Assembly (NCBI GenBank): GCA_965218785.1
Contig: OZ244650.1
Coordinates: forward strand, 864,001 to 928,000
Direction of reading: 5' to 3'
Origin: Nitrosopumilus sp.
Lineage (GTDB): Archaea; Thermoproteota; Nitrososphaeria; Nitrososphaerales; Nitrosopumilaceae
Length of the DNA stretch: 64,000 bases
A model generated the notes under the pieces. The model worked only from the letters and a program-made list of their open reading frames with translations. It had not been told where the DNA came from and searched no databases. Both the position numbers and the translations under genes were made by a program. Numbering within the stretch: position 1 is the stretch's first letter; each line of letters opens with the position of its first letter. Shown one piece after another: positions 40,449 through 51,581 of this stretch.

Positions 40449-41625
40449 TTTTATTCAGATAATTTTGAACCTCTTCGACATCCTTGTCCCCCCGTCCTGA
40501 AAGTGTTACTACTATTGATTCTGATGCCCTTCCCTTTTTTGCCACCTTGAGTGCCTCTGCTACTGCGTGAGCTGATTCCAATGCCGGAATAATCCCCTCT
40601 GTTCTAGTCAGCATCAAAAACGCGTCAATTACCTCGGCATCAGTGGCCGAGTGATACCTTACACGTTTTGTATCTTTAAGGTAGGAATGCTCCGGACCGA
40701 CTCCGGGGTAATCCAGTCCTGCTGAAATGCTGTGTGTCTGTGCAATCTGTCCCTCTTTATCCTGAAGCAGGTATGTCATCATGCCGTGTAGCACCCCCTT
40801 TGTTCCCTTTGATAGCGTGGCCGAATGCAATCCTGATTTTAATCCTTGACCTGCGGCCTCTACTCCGATAATCTCTGCGTTTGTATCTATTAATGGATAA
40901 AACGTCCCGATTGCATTGGAGCCTCCGCCAACACATGCTATCACGTTGTCCGGTTCCCTGTTGTTGATTTTTTTCATCTGTGATTTGATCTCCTCTCCTA
41001 TCACACTTTGAAAATCCCTTACCATGACCGGGTATGGGTGCGGACCCACGGCTGATCCTAGCAGGTAATACGTTGTCTCTACATTTGTGATCCAGTCGCG
41101 AATTGCCTCGTTGATTGCATCCTTTAGCGTCTTTGAACCTGATCTTACCGGATGAACCTTGCAGCCAAGAAGGTCCATTCTAAACACGTTGAGCTTTTGA
41201 CGAATCGTATCTTTGTATCCCATGTATACCTCGGTCTTTATCCCCAGTGCCGCGCATGCCATGGCAGTTGCAACGCCGTGCTGGCCTGCACCAGTCTCTG
41301 CAATGATCCTCTTTTTTTTCATCTTCTTTGCAAGCAGCGCCTGGCCCAGCGTGTTGTTGATTTTGTGTGCGCCTCCGTGCAGCAGATCCTCCCGCTTGAG
41401 ATAGATCCTAGAGCCTCCGATTTTCTCTGACAGGTTTTTTGCATAGTATAACGGGGTTGGCCTGCCGGCATAGACTCTGAGATAGTAATCCAGTTCCTTT
41501 TTGAAGTTTTTATCATTTTTGTATTTGAGATAATTCTCTTCTAGCTCCTCGATGGCAGGTACCAGCGTCTCGGGAATGTACCTTCCGCCAAATTCCCCGA
41601 ACCGTCCGTTCCTGGGATATCTCAG
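40435..41625 (-). CDS. trpB: Tryptophan synthase beta chain (probable CTG start)
   Basis: Frame is open 101 codons upstream of the track ORF: [29 protein letters not shown]; then [22 protein letters not shown]. Confidence 0.96.
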   Translation of the reverse strand: MRYPRNGRFGEFGGRYIPETLVPAIEELEENYLKYKNDKNFKKELDYYLRVYAGRPTPLYYAKNLSEKIGGSRIYLKREDLLHGGAHKINNTLGQALLAKKMKKKRIIAETGAGQHGVATAMACAALGIKTEVYMGYKDTIRQKLNVFRMDLLGCKVHPVRSGSKTLKDAINEAIRDWITNVETTYYLLGSAVGPHPYPVMVRDFQSVIGEEIKSQMKKINNREPDNVIACVGGGSNAIGTFYPLIDTNAEIIGVEAAGQGLKSGLHSATLSKGTKGVLHGMMTYLLQDKEGQIAQTHSISAGLDYPGVGPEHSYLKDTKRVRYHSATDAEVIDAFLMLTRTEGIIPALESAHAVAEALKVAKKGRASESIVVTLSGRGDKDVEEVQNYLNKNVKD

Positions 41626-42401
41626 TATGCCCCCACCAACTCTTTTACCTGCCTCTTGATATCACCGCTTTTCATTATGCTTGAGCCTATCAAAAACGCA
41701 GCTGCACCACACCTTTTTAGATACCGGATATCCTCGACACTCTCAATACCGCTTTCTGAAAGAATCGGTCTTGCGTCATCATCATATCCTTTTAGAACCA
41801 TCTCCGTATTCTTCAAATCAATCCCCAACGTATCTAAATTTCTATTATTAATGCCGATAAGATCGGCATCAGTCCTTAACGCATTCTCAAATTCCTGTTT
41901 TGTGTGGACCTCGAGAAGGATTTTTAATCCTTTTTGGTGTGCATACCTGACAAATTCGTCAATCCCGCTGAGAAACCCCCGGTCAAAGAGCGACTGAATC
42001 AGCAGGATATAGTCTGCCCCGATCTTCTCTGCAGCGTCAATTTGTACCTTATCTATCATGATATCCTTCATCAGTAACGGAACATCCACTGCATTTCTGA
42101 CTTTGATAAAGTAATCCGGTGAGCCATGAAACAGGTGCGGCTGTGTCAGTACAGATAACGCCCTTGCACCACCCGAGATCATCTGCCTTGCAATGCCTGC
42201 AGGCTCTGCAGTGGTCCTGATTTTTCCAAGGGACGGTGATGCGAATTTTATCTCGGTGAGCAGCGTTGGATGGGGATTTGTATTTATAATTTCAATGAGA
42301 TCCCTGCCTGATTTTTGCAGGTTTACATCAACGTCATATGTGCCATCATCAATTGCCATCTGTGAATTATTTACCAGTTTTTTTAGGATGTTTTCTGCCA
42401 T
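41622..42401 (-). CDS. trpC: Indole-3-glycerol-phosphate synthase
   Basis: [25 protein letters not shown]. Confidence 0.97.
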   Translation of the reverse strand: MAENILKKLVNNSQMAIDDGTYDVDVNLQKSGRDLIEIINTNPHPTLLTEIKFASPSLGKIRTTAEPAGIARQMISGGARALSVLTQPHLFHGSPDYFIKVRNAVDVPLLMKDIMIDKVQIDAAEKIGADYILLIQSLFDRGFLSGIDEFVRYAHQKGLKILLEVHTKQEFENALRTDADLIGINNRNLDTLGIDLKNTEMVLKGYDDDARPILSESGIESVEDIRYLKRCGAAAFLIGSSIMKSGDIKRQVKELVGAY

Positions 42402-43444
42402 TATCTCATCTCCGCCAGTCTTGCAGCATCCCCGGTATCTGCCACAAAGTTCTCCAAGTGTCTGAATGCCTTTCCATCTTTGATTGTGTTTAATGCGATC
42501 TCCACCCCATCCTCAAAGTCATCTGCGATGTTTGCGACAATCAGCCCGCCTGCCGCATTTAGCGCCGTGGTTTCAATCATTGCCTGGTTTGCAGTATTAT
42601 TAAGAACGCCCACAAAGCATTTGACGGCATGCTCTTTTCCTTTGACTAGTATGTCTTTTAGCGAGGATTTATGCAGTCCCACCGCCTGGGGATCCACCGT
42701 ATCTGTTGATATCTCCCCGCCATCACGCATGATGCATACCCTGTTAACTGAACTAGTTGAAAATTCATCCATTCCATCATCAGAGCGCACCGTCATTATA
42801 TTTTCTGCCTTTTTTCGTTTGAGGATTGCCGGCAGCCTCTGAAGATACTCGCTTGAAGACACCCCTATCAGCTGGTTTTTGACTCCTGCCGGATTTGACA
42901 GCGGACCTAAAAGATTGAACGCCGTTCTTTTACCTGCCTGTTTTCTTGCCGCTGCAACGTGCCTCATTGCCGGATGAAATTTCTGTGCAAACATGAAACA
43001 AATCCTGTGTTTTTCTAAAATGTTTGCAATGACTGCCGGCTCTTGATTCAGATCATATCCGAAATATTCAAAAATATCCGCGCTTCCTGATGCGCCCGAG
43101 CTTGAGCGGTTTCCATGCTTTGCAACTGTTCCTCCCGCGGCAGCTACTACAAACGAGGCGGCAGTCGACACGTTAAACGTGTGCAGTCCGTCCCCGCCCG
43201 TCCCACACATGTCGATGAGTGCCCCGCAGTTCTCAGGCTCGATCTTTAGGGATATCTCCTGCATCTTATCTAGCATTCCCAATAATTCGTCATCTGTCTC
43301 CCCCTTGACTGCAAGACTGGATAGAAAATCCGTGTTCTCCTGCAGGGTGGTGTTTCCTGAAAGAATCTCTGCAGTGACACTGTTTATCTCATCGTATGTC
43401 AGGTCCGTCTTTTCCTGCAGTTTTTTAACGATCTCTGAGATCAT
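42401..43444 (-). CDS. trpD: Anthranilate phosphoribosyltransferase
   Basis: DMCGTGGDG..TFNVST, KHGNRS, FNLLGPLSNP. Confidence 0.97.
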   Translation of the reverse strand: MISEIVKKLQEKTDLTYDEINSVTAEILSGNTTLQENTDFLSSLAVKGETDDELLGMLDKMQEISLKIEPENCGALIDMCGTGGDGLHTFNVSTAASFVVAAAGGTVAKHGNRSSSGASGSADIFEYFGYDLNQEPAVIANILEKHRICFMFAQKFHPAMRHVAAARKQAGKRTAFNLLGPLSNPAGVKNQLIGVSSSEYLQRLPAILKRKKAENIMTVRSDDGMDEFSTSSVNRVCIMRDGGEISTDTVDPQAVGLHKSSLKDILVKGKEHAVKCFVGVLNNTANQAMIETTALNAAGGLIVANIADDFEDGVEIALNTIKDGKAFRHLENFVADTGDAARLAEMR

Positions 43445-44031
43445 CTCTCTCTTACCTGCCTTGTGAAATTCTCCAGGATTTTCTTGCCACCTTCAGTCAT
43501 TATTGACTCGGGATGAAACTGCACCCCCTCGATGAGGTATCTCCTGTGTCTTACTGCCATGACTTCCCCGTCATCTGCGGCAGTGGCAGTCACTGCCAAC
43601 ACGTCTGGAATTACCGTCTTGTCTCCCACCAGACTGTGATACCTTGTCGCCCTAAACGGGTTTTTTACCCCCTTGAACAGCTCTGAATTTTCATGACGTA
43701 TCATGCTTGTCTTTCCATGTCTTACGCGTCCTGCATTAGTCACCCTTCCGCCAAAGGCATGAATGATTCCCTGGTGTCCCAGACAAACTCCCAGTATGGG
43801 AGTTGTTGCCCCCATCTCCCTGATTACCTTGCCGCACACCCCAAAGTATCTTCGGTCTTCGGGTGTCCCGGGCCCAGGTGAGATTACTATGGCGTCATAA
43901 CCGCCTTTTTTGATCTCCTCCAGGGTGATCCTGTCATTTCTGATGACCTTTGATTCCACTCCGATCTCCCCGAGATACTGTGCAATGTTAAATACAAACG
44001 AGTCATAGTTGTCGATAATTAAAAATTTCAA
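43441..44031 (-). CDS. trpG: Anthranilate synthase component II
   Basis: IDNYDSF, SPGPG, GVCLGHQ, RYHSL, QFHPES. Confidence 0.96.
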   Translation of the reverse strand: MKFLIIDNYDSFVFNIAQYLGEIGVESKVIRNDRITLEEIKKGGYDAIVISPGPGTPEDRRYFGVCGKVIREMGATTPILGVCLGHQGIIHAFGGRVTNAGRVRHGKTSMIRHENSELFKGVKNPFRATRYHSLVGDKTVIPDVLAVTATAADDGEVMAVRHRRYLIEGVQFHPESIMTEGGKKILENFTRQVRER

Positions 44032-45377
44032 CTTGATGCCTCCGTTAATGCCTGCAGCATCGCCTTTGCCTTGTGCTCTGTCTCTTTGAATTCGTGCTCG
44101 GCTACTGAATCTGATACGATGCCCGCACCTGATTGAACAAACCCCCTGCCGTCTTTTAGGAATATGCTTCTGATGGCAATTGCAAAATCACAGCATCCGT
44201 TAAATGAAAAATATCCCACGGCCCCCGCATACGGCCCCCTGCCCTCATCTTCCAAGTCGTCGATTATCTCCATGGCCCTGACTTTTGGCGCACCTGATAC
44301 CGTACCTGCCGGAAACACCGCCTTGAATGCATCAAACATGTCATTTTCAGGCGCCAGATTACCTGCCAGGTGGGTGACAATATGCTGAACATGGCTAAAC
44401 CGTTTTATCTGCATTAGTGATTCGGGATGGACCGTACCATACCTGCAGACCCTGCCGATGTCGTTTCTTCCCAAATCCACTAGCATGGTATGCTCTGCCA
44501 GCTCTTTTTGATCGCAGAGCAGCTCTGCTGCCAGCCTTTCGTTGTCTTTTTCATCATCGGTAATCTTTCTGGTTCCTGCAATCGGAAATGTTTCCACAAT
44601 ATCATCTGTTATTCTGACTAGCATCTCCGGTGATGCCCCTATGACTGTCTTTTTATCCTGTTTTAGATGATACATGTAGGGGGAGGGATTCAGTTTTCTC
44701 AGCGTCTTGTATAACGTTAAATCATCCCCCGTCACATCAAATGTGAATTTTCTTGACAGTACCACCTGGAAAACATCGCCGTCATGAATGTATTTTTTTG
44801 CCTTGCCTACAATGTCTGCAAACTTTTCCTTATTCATGTTTGGAGTGACACTGCCGGAGTGAAACTCCCCAAACTCGTCTTTGCCGATCTTCAGGCGCTC
44901 AAACCTGTTCTCATCATGATAAAAATAAAACAGTTTCCTGCGTACATTGTCGTATAATATCCCGTCATCGTATATTCCAAATTCCATTAATGGCTGCGAT
45001 GAGACATGGGCATCTGGAATGTCTTCTACCAGTCTGACTGCGTCATAGTTTACAATTCCCACGGCTCCTCCGAGATACCTGTAACTTTGATCCTCTGACT
45101 TGCCTACTAGTTTTTTCAGCTCTTCAAACGGGTCGCGTGTCTGAATGGTTTGCGTCTCCCCGTCTTTTGTTATCTCCACCCTGTCGGCGTATCCTTTGAA
45201 AATGATTTTTGGATCAAAGCCCATCACGGATGTTTCAGCTAGAACCTCGGGGCCAGTCAGTGATTCAAAGAGAAATGAATGTGAATAATTTTTAGAAATC
45301 CTGTTATATGTCTGAAACTGGTTTTCAGATAAATCTAGTGGTACTACTGTTACTTGCGAGTTTCCAAAGGCATCCAC
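44028..45377 (-). CDS. trpE: Anthranilate synthase component I
   Basis: LFES, GASPE, PIAGT, AEHTMLVDLGRND, PAGTVSGAPK; likely GTG start. Confidence 0.96.
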   Translation of the reverse strand: MDAFGNSQVTVVPLDLSENQFQTYNRISKNYSHSFLFESLTGPEVLAETSVMGFDPKIIFKGYADRVEITKDGETQTIQTRDPFEELKKLVGKSEDQSYRYLGGAVGIVNYDAVRLVEDIPDAHVSSQPLMEFGIYDDGILYDNVRRKLFYFYHDENRFERLKIGKDEFGEFHSGSVTPNMNKEKFADIVGKAKKYIHDGDVFQVVLSRKFTFDVTGDDLTLYKTLRKLNPSPYMYHLKQDKKTVIGASPEMLVRITDDIVETFPIAGTRKITDDEKDNERLAAELLCDQKELAEHTMLVDLGRNDIGRVCRYGTVHPESLMQIKRFSHVQHIVTHLAGNLAPENDMFDAFKAVFPAGTVSGAPKVRAMEIIDDLEDEGRGPYAGAVGYFSFNGCCDFAIAIRSIFLKDGRGFVQSGAGIVSDSVAEHEFKETEHKAKAMLQALTEASS

Positions 45378-45544
45378 CCATAGACAGAATCCTGATGGTT
45401 TATTATTTAAATTGATGAGTAGGATTTCCCGTGTTATCCCTCTGAAATATCTGATTTCAGGCATGAATAATTACGGTATGGTACGGTACCTTTATATCAT
45501 ATTTGATCGTACATCTTGCAATGCCTAGAATACACAGAGCAATC

Positions 45545-45712
45545 ATGCAGGATATGCAGGTTATCAGGGAATCACCCAGTATACAATCTAGCGTTCAGGC
45601 AGTCGAGTGCTATGTGTGTGGGAAAGGACTAGCAGACGGCCACTGCATTACTGCAAAAACACTGGCAAACGGGATAGTTTTATTTTGTGACGTCCATTAT
45701 TCATTACAATGA
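45545..45712 (+). CDS. Small zinc-ribbon protein
   Basis: CYVC...FCDVHY. Confidence 0.65.
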   Translation: MQDMQVIRESPSIQSSVQAVECYVCGKGLADGHCITAKTLANGIVLFCDVHYSLQ

Positions 45713-46519
45713 ATTATTTGGATTGTCTCTTTTCATATTTTGTCGTGATGGATTACTGAAATGACGAGTCATACATCCAAGAATTCTTACACTGCTTTAG
45801 ATCACGCCGGCACAAACACTTTTCTCAGGCGTAGCATGCAAAAATTACTTTAGCTAAAAGTAATTTTTTTTAATCCCGATTTTTTAATTCAGAGATCGTT
45901 TTTTAGTTATTGAGTCAGAGACATCTTGCGGTGTTAGCTGGGTGGGCCCTAATGCTCACATAAACTAGTTAATACATGGTCTCCAAAGTAATGGAGACTG
46001 ACTTTTTTTTCTGCGATCATATAATCAATGTGGTTACCTACCACTAAAGTCCTAGTCATATCTCCCCTACGATATTTTTTCATGCGTCATCCATGTTTAA
46101 TTACAATCACTACTGGATTCACTGCTTGGATGACTGGGAATTTTTATCACGATGGTGAATGAGAAATAAACGAGGATGAGACACAAAAAAAGCGATCTCA
46201 TTTACTGGATTATTCCATACCTGGGAAAAAAGATCACTAAACTAGGCATATGATAAAATTCAGAGAAAACAGTGTTATTGATACTTGCTAAAAATCTGGC
46301 GAAGAATGGCATGAGACTCTTTTTCAGTTATAACCAACCCATCACCAATGGTAACAGATCTGAGTTTTAGTTTTTTCATAGAAATATTATATGACATCAT
46401 AATAAAAGCATTTCATGGTCAAACATGGAATTACAAGAACAAATCATAAAACTGTCTAGTCAGTTTTTCCATGTCAGGATAAAATTAGATATGTAAAAAC
46501 AGAATTTTCAATTATGGCA

Positions 46520-46835
46520 TCTTTTTTGGCAGTGTCATCGTCTTTTCTCTCTGGTGTACCTCCTGCTTTCCCGCTTTCATGTCAGTGAGTCAGACATGGG
46601 TGGGTTTGGATTTTCATAATAATTCAGCTTTGCGGCAAGTGTGTCGATCTGACTTTGCATCTGTAATTTGAAAAAACCGTCAATCCGGTTCTTTTGCCTG
46701 ATATGATGTTGTTGAATATTTGAGGGCAATCTACATTTTCCTGCATTCGGTCTTTTGCCATTCATGGCTGGAATAACAGTCATGATTAATGGCTCATGCT
46801 TTTACCTTGCTGATAAAATTGTGAGGGTAGGACCT
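46520..46835 (-). mobile_element. IS66-family (ISBst12-like) remnant: one end and decayed transposase N-terminus
   Basis: Coiled coil then LAAKLNYYENPNPP.SDS; end sequence repeated at 23950-24010. Confidence 0.55.
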
Positions 46836-46888
46836 CATATAATCAAATATGGAAGGTATAATTATGGCGTTGAATGTTGACGATATAA

Positions 46889-47752
46889 TTGTCAAGATAT
46901 GAAAATCCAAAGGTCAATGTTAATGTAGGGGCGGCCAAAGCCGTCGTAGGTGTAATTATTGCGTTAATCGTAGCCGGTGTTATAATAGCTTCTTCTATTC
47001 AAATCGTGGATGCTGGGCACAGGGGCGTTTTACTTCATTGGAGTGCAGTTGATACCTCTGTTCCTCCTCTGGATGAAGGACTACACTTTGTAGCTCCATT
47101 TGCAGACACTGTTGTGAATATAGAGGTTCGAACACTAAAGTATGTAAAATCAACGTCTTCGGCATCCAAGGATCTTCAAACCGTCACGACTGCAGTCACT
47201 GTCAACTATCATCCTTCTCCAAACTCGATTCATCATCTTTACAAAGAAATCGGTCTTGATTATGAAAACAGAGTCATCCAGCCGGCAATAGAAGAGGTCG
47301 TAAAACAGGTTACTGCAAATTATAATGCCGAAGAATTAATCACAAAAAGACCATTGGTAAAGTCCGACATCGAGGCCGAGATTAGCGTACGACTGACTGG
47401 ATTTAACATCATTACCGAGGTCATCTCAATTACCGACTTTCAATTCTCACCACTTTTTGCACGGGCAATCGAAGATAAGGTAGAGGCAGAACAAAAAGCC
47501 CTCAAAGCAGAAAACGATCTGAGACGAATTGAAGTGGAGGCAAGACAGCACGAGGCACAGGCTCAGGGTATTGCAGGGGCAAACATTGCAGAGGCGCAAG
47601 GTGAGGCAGAGGCAATTAGAATTATCAATACCGCACTGGCAGACAATCCAAATTATCTAGAGTGGTTGAAAACACAGGCCTGGGACGGACGATTACCTCT
47701 AGTAGTCGGCGAGGGTGGAACACCTTTTATTGAAATACCAACGCAGCCTTAA
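46889..47752 (+). CDS. Prohibitin/SPFH (band 7) family protein
   Basis: V.AGHRGV, GLHF..PF, SKDLQ.V, F..AIE.KVEAEQ. Confidence 0.94.
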   Translation: MSRYENPKVNVNVGAAKAVVGVIIALIVAGVIIASSIQIVDAGHRGVLLHWSAVDTSVPPLDEGLHFVAPFADTVVNIEVRTLKYVKSTSSASKDLQTVTTAVTVNYHPSPNSIHHLYKEIGLDYENRVIQPAIEEVVKQVTANYNAEELITKRPLVKSDIEAEISVRLTGFNIITEVISITDFQFSPLFARAIEDKVEAEQKALKAENDLRRIEVEARQHEAQAQGIAGANIAEAQGEAEAIRIINTALADNPNYLEWLKTQAWDGRLPLVVGEGGTPFIEIPTQP

Positions 47753-48093
47753 TCTCTTTTGTTACATACAAGATACGATACGACAGATAAGACGGTTCTA
47801 GTAAATTTGTGATCTGTAGCACAAATCATGAAATACACATATCCTCCAAATTACGATGATCAGTTCGAATCCGTTCTTCTCTGGCGACGTTTTTCATGAC
47901 ATATCTAATGGAAATCATATTTGCACTTTGGATATTGCCTTTTTTATTCCAGTTCTTTATTGCAGGCAGCAGAAACGTCATACTTGTTATGTTCAGGGTT
48001 TGCGTGAGATCGACTGCATAAAATTCTCAGTTCAGATACAATCGGAATTTTTGATCAAAAACAAAAAGTAAAATGTCCAAGTTTGATATAATG

Positions 48094-48582
48094 CTAATCT
48101 TTTTTACTGTCTTCTGATTTACCGTTTTCTGATTTACTGTTTTCTGATTTACCACTTTCTGATTTACTGTCTTCTAATTCACCACTCTCTGATTTACCAC
48201 TCTCTGATTTACTGTCTTCTAATTTACCACTCTCTGATTTACCACTTTTTAATTCACCACTCTCTGATTTACTGTCTTCTAATTTACCACTCTCTGATTC
48301 ATCCCTGATGGAATCATACATTGCAAGGAACTGTTCAGGCTCGTGCTGTCTGTAGCGTTTTTGCATCTGTGAAATCTCCTTTTCTGAAATCTTCTTTCCT
48401 TTTTTAATGTGAAATTCTTTTATGATCTGGAACTGGGTTTTTTTAATATCGTATTTTCGGAGTGTTTGATTGACTGTTCTGTTGCAAAAATAATCATAAA
48501 GTACAAAACGATATGTCAAATAACCGATTATTCCGGCAATGACGACTAGGGTAAGTGGTATGATGATGATTGCGATTGCCAT
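48094..48582 (-). CDS. Membrane-anchored protein with an expanded charged repeat tail
   Basis: N-terminal TM; C-terminal KSESG/KLEDS pentapeptide repeats. Confidence 0.8.
   Translation of the reverse strand: MAIAIIIIPLTLVVIAGIIGYLTYRFVLYDYFCNRTVNQTLRKYDIKKTQFQIIKEFHIKKGKKISEKEISQMQKRYRQHEPEQFLAMYDSIRDESESGKLEDSKSESGELKSGKSESGKLEDSKSESGKSESGELEDSKSESGKSENSKSENGKSEDSKKD
48100..48300. repeat. 15-bp-unit coding minisatellite (about 13 units)
   Basis: Variants of TTTACCACTCTCTGA and TTTACTGTCTTCTAA. Confidence 0.9.
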
Positions 48583-48714
48583 ATTCTTGTTAATTTACAT
48601 GCTATTTAAAAACGAAGAGGAAAAACCTGCTGGAATCGTGTTTTATCATGTTTGACAAATTTATTCGTAATAATAGTAGGATTGCGATGGATAATCCGAT
48701 ATATTCATCATGGA

Positions 48715-49932
48715 TTAGAACAACCTTTCAATTTCATCATAATGCATTTGAGATATGTCCCATCCTCTTTCTAATAATTTTATAGAGGTTTCACTAGTAA
48801 TACATGCGATGTTTTGAGTGTTTGTATTTTTCATAAGGACGTATTCTTTTTTACATTCAATATCATCTGGATGAATTCCCATATCCAGCTGTTGCTTTGG
48901 GGATACCTGTTCGGCAAAATCTAAAACACGGGTCGTAGCAAAAGATGTCCCGTCAAGTATTCCACTATCGTATGAAATATCCTCCTGATTTATTATCCCT
49001 CTCCACTGTGTGTTCATTTCTTTTGTTTTGACTAGTACTAGATTCTGTTCAATTTTTTTTGGATCAAAATCTATACTCATACGCAATAACCACTTGTCCA
49101 AAGGATCATACTGGATTAACGAGGGTGGAAAGTCAGTATACGAATATCTATTATTAGAAAACTCTTCCACAAATACCGTATCCACTCCTGGAACAAAATA
49201 TGGCAAGTCTGAAAGTGTGTATAAAGTGAATCTCATCTCCTCCATATCTGATGTCATTGATCTAAATGGCAGCATTGGATATTTGCTTGGAAAAGTAAAT
49301 TCAATCGGACGTAATTTTCCATCAATGTTTCCATTCCCGTCAATTTTTGCTTCATTCATGTTGACCTTAAAGACCACAAAAAAATAACCGCCTTTTTGGA
49401 TATAGTAATCAAAATTTTCTTCATCCCTTTCAGTATACACGAATTCATTTTCATCCAACCAGTTTGTCATGGATGAATTATTTTCGGCAGTAAGGGTAAC
49501 AGTACTATAATCTCCGACATCTTTGGTATCAATTATTGTTATTCCTAAATTCCCCGATACCCCCTCCGCTGCCATCGATAGGCTTTCATCACTTTGAGGC
49601 ATTGCAAGCTGTGGTGTTGTAATAAGTTCAAGATCCTTAAAAATATCTTCGTTTGTTTCAGTTATTGTTGGTTTTCCTGGCAGCGGCAAGACCAACCCGA
49701 ACTCTTTTGCTGTGCCATGAAATGAAGGCTGAATTACCAGCGTCTCCATTTTCTCAAATTCATCGTAAGAAATCAAGACCTTTGTATTGTCATCGGGCAT
49801 TATTGTAAGTTCCATCGGTGCAAATCCTGCCGGACACGCGGCAAAGGCAGGGCTAAAAAATAGGGATATGCCAATTATGAATGAAAAGAAAATAGAAAAC
49901 TGTTTGGAGATATTTTTTGAAAAACACTGCAC
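48715..49932 (-). CDS. Secreted DUF2330-like protein with a thaumarchaeal C-terminal Cys module
   Basis: Signal peptide, then CP; ETLVIQPSF.G.AKEFGLVLPLP; C-terminal SPKQQ..GI....I.C...AC....LLERGW. Confidence 0.7.
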   Translation of the reverse strand: MQCFSKNISKQFSIFFSFIIGISLFFSPAFAACPAGFAPMELTIMPDDNTKVLISYDEFEKMETLVIQPSFHGTAKEFGLVLPLPGKPTITETNEDIFKDLELITTPQLAMPQSDESLSMAAEGVSGNLGITIIDTKDVGDYSTVTLTAENNSSMTNWLDENEFVYTERDEENFDYYIQKGGYFFVVFKVNMNEAKIDGNGNIDGKLRPIEFTFPSKYPMLPFRSMTSDMEEMRFTLYTLSDLPYFVPGVDTVFVEEFSNNRYSYTDFPPSLIQYDPLDKWLLRMSIDFDPKKIEQNLVLVKTKEMNTQWRGIINQEDISYDSGILDGTSFATTRVLDFAEQVSPKQQLDMGIHPDDIECKKEYVLMKNTNTQNIACITSETSIKLLERGWDISQMHYDEIERLF

Positions 49933-50079
49933 GATATGCTGTTGATTAATTGAGATATATATGTTAAAGTAAAATGATTTAAATGGTTCTATTTAACGCT
50001 GGATCAACTAAATTGAAATTAAAACATCGTCGTAATAAAATTAGAAAATTAATAAAACCTGTTATGGAAGGTATTTGAT

Positions 50080-51003
50080 TTGAGAACTGGTAAAATTCTT
50101 GTCCTTGTCCTAATCTGTATTGTTTCAAGTATTATAATTACGACAATCTCATTACGATATGACAGTGTTGATGAAGTATTGATTGCTCGAGATTTCATAC
50201 ATGAACAACTAGAATCTCAAAATGCGCCAATATTTTTTAAAATACATCCCCTGGAGAACCCTGGGCAATACCTGGTGTCCTACTGCTATGCTGCAGTGGA
50301 TATTACCGGCTCCACGAGAAGCCATCTTATTGATATAATAATTCAAGATCAAATAGTTACTGCCGGATATGTCGATGGGCAATGGGATGTTTTGAAAAAT
50401 TCAGTAATTGATGGTAATGAATACATCGATCCGTCTTTTTGTGATCCTATACTGGCTGGAACGTTTTCAGATTTTTATGAAATTATATTTGATATTTTGC
50501 AAACATTAACAAAACTTTTGATATACACTCAACTTGGAACATTGATATTTATTGCATTTGTTGGAATTGTAATTTACAAAAATTTTATAGGTCGAATTAG
50601 AAGCAGATATTCCCGTAATACCCAGACGACGTTATTTGATTATTCTCTAGGTCTTTCAAAAAATATTGGCCAAAGAATTCCCTTGTTGACAATTACCCCG
50701 TCACTTTTTGGCATCTGTGGCGTGGCACAGCTGTACAATAGGCAGATACGAAGGGGCATTTTTATCATGATTTCGGGGATGATCCTGTTCACATTCTTCA
50801 TAGTTGTTGCAAGTTTTAGTTTTAACCTGATATGGAATTTTCACATTTATGATTTAGATGATTTTCCACAGTGGGATATTACTGAAAACCCTGGACTAGT
50901 CATCAACACAATTACTGTTTGGACATTGGCGTATGTTGTATTTTTTATATGGCAGTACTTTGACTCTAGAAAATCAATTCAAAAGAAAAAAAATTACATG
51001 TGA
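50080..51003 (+). CDS. Hypothetical membrane protein
   Basis: 307 aa; N-terminal anchor plus C-terminal TM block (GVAQLY..QIRRG). Confidence 0.7.
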   Translation: MRTGKILVLVLICIVSSIIITTISLRYDSVDEVLIARDFIHEQLESQNAPIFFKIHPLENPGQYLVSYCYAAVDITGSTRSHLIDIIIQDQIVTAGYVDGQWDVLKNSVIDGNEYIDPSFCDPILAGTFSDFYEIIFDILQTLTKLLIYTQLGTLIFIAFVGIVIYKNFIGRIRSRYSRNTQTTLFDYSLGLSKNIGQRIPLLTITPSLFGICGVAQLYNRQIRRGIFIMISGMILFTFFIVVASFSFNLIWNFHIYDLDDFPQWDITENPGLVINTITVWTLAYVVFFIWQYFDSRKSIQKKKNYM

Positions 51004-51161
51004 ACCTGAATCATCACGATTTACAGTCGTCTGGTTTTGACTGCGGATCATTTCATATGTGGTGGTCCTCTCAACAGGTTTTGTTTTGTTAAATCCGAAA
51101 TCCAGATTAAAAAACGGCCATCTGAATCATTATCTGTCAACTAACCGATTATTTCATGCCG

Positions 51162-51512
51162 TCATTCTTCCCATACCGGCTGTGTTTTAAGCCATGCAAT
51201 CAGATCCTGATACAACTTGCTTTTTTGCATGTTTAATACCCCTATTTCCAGATTGGTGGATGATTTGACTGTTTTTGCATATTTTTCGTGTTTTGCAAAA
51301 ACTATCTTGTCCAGGTACATCTCACCTTGCATCTCCTTTTTTGCCAGTTCCTCGGATTCTGTCATGGCAAAGCTTGCAAACAGCACGCCGTCTACCCAGT
51401 ATCCGCTGGCCCCCTCAAGTGAGGACATCATTCCTATGAGATCATCTAGGCTCAACTTTACCATGTCACGAACAAAAATCCGTTCATATGGTTTGTGGAT
51501 AAAATCTGCCAT
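51162..51512 (-). CDS. Conserved hypothetical protein
   Basis: 116-aa ORF with YWVDGVLF and core-like composition. Confidence 0.8.
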   Translation of the reverse strand: MADFIHKPYERIFVRDMVKLSLDDLIGMMSSLEGASGYWVDGVLFASFAMTESEELAKKEMQGEMYLDKIVFAKHEKYAKTVKSSTNLEIGVLNMQKSKLYQDLIAWLKTQPVWEE

Positions 51513-51581
51513 GAAATCTGTTTTTTGTAGAGTTTAATGAGTATTTGTAAATTTTATAACTGGTTTTTTTTAAATCATCTT

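Noticed and set aside
40435-41516. trpB truncated or frameshifted, as the ORF track implies
   Set aside because: The frame is continuous to 41625; only a canonical start codon is missing.
45976-46010. Hairpin plus T-tract as an ncRNA or attenuator near the trp operon
   Set aside because: Only a 7-bp stem, on the wrong strand and too far from trpE, with no other support.
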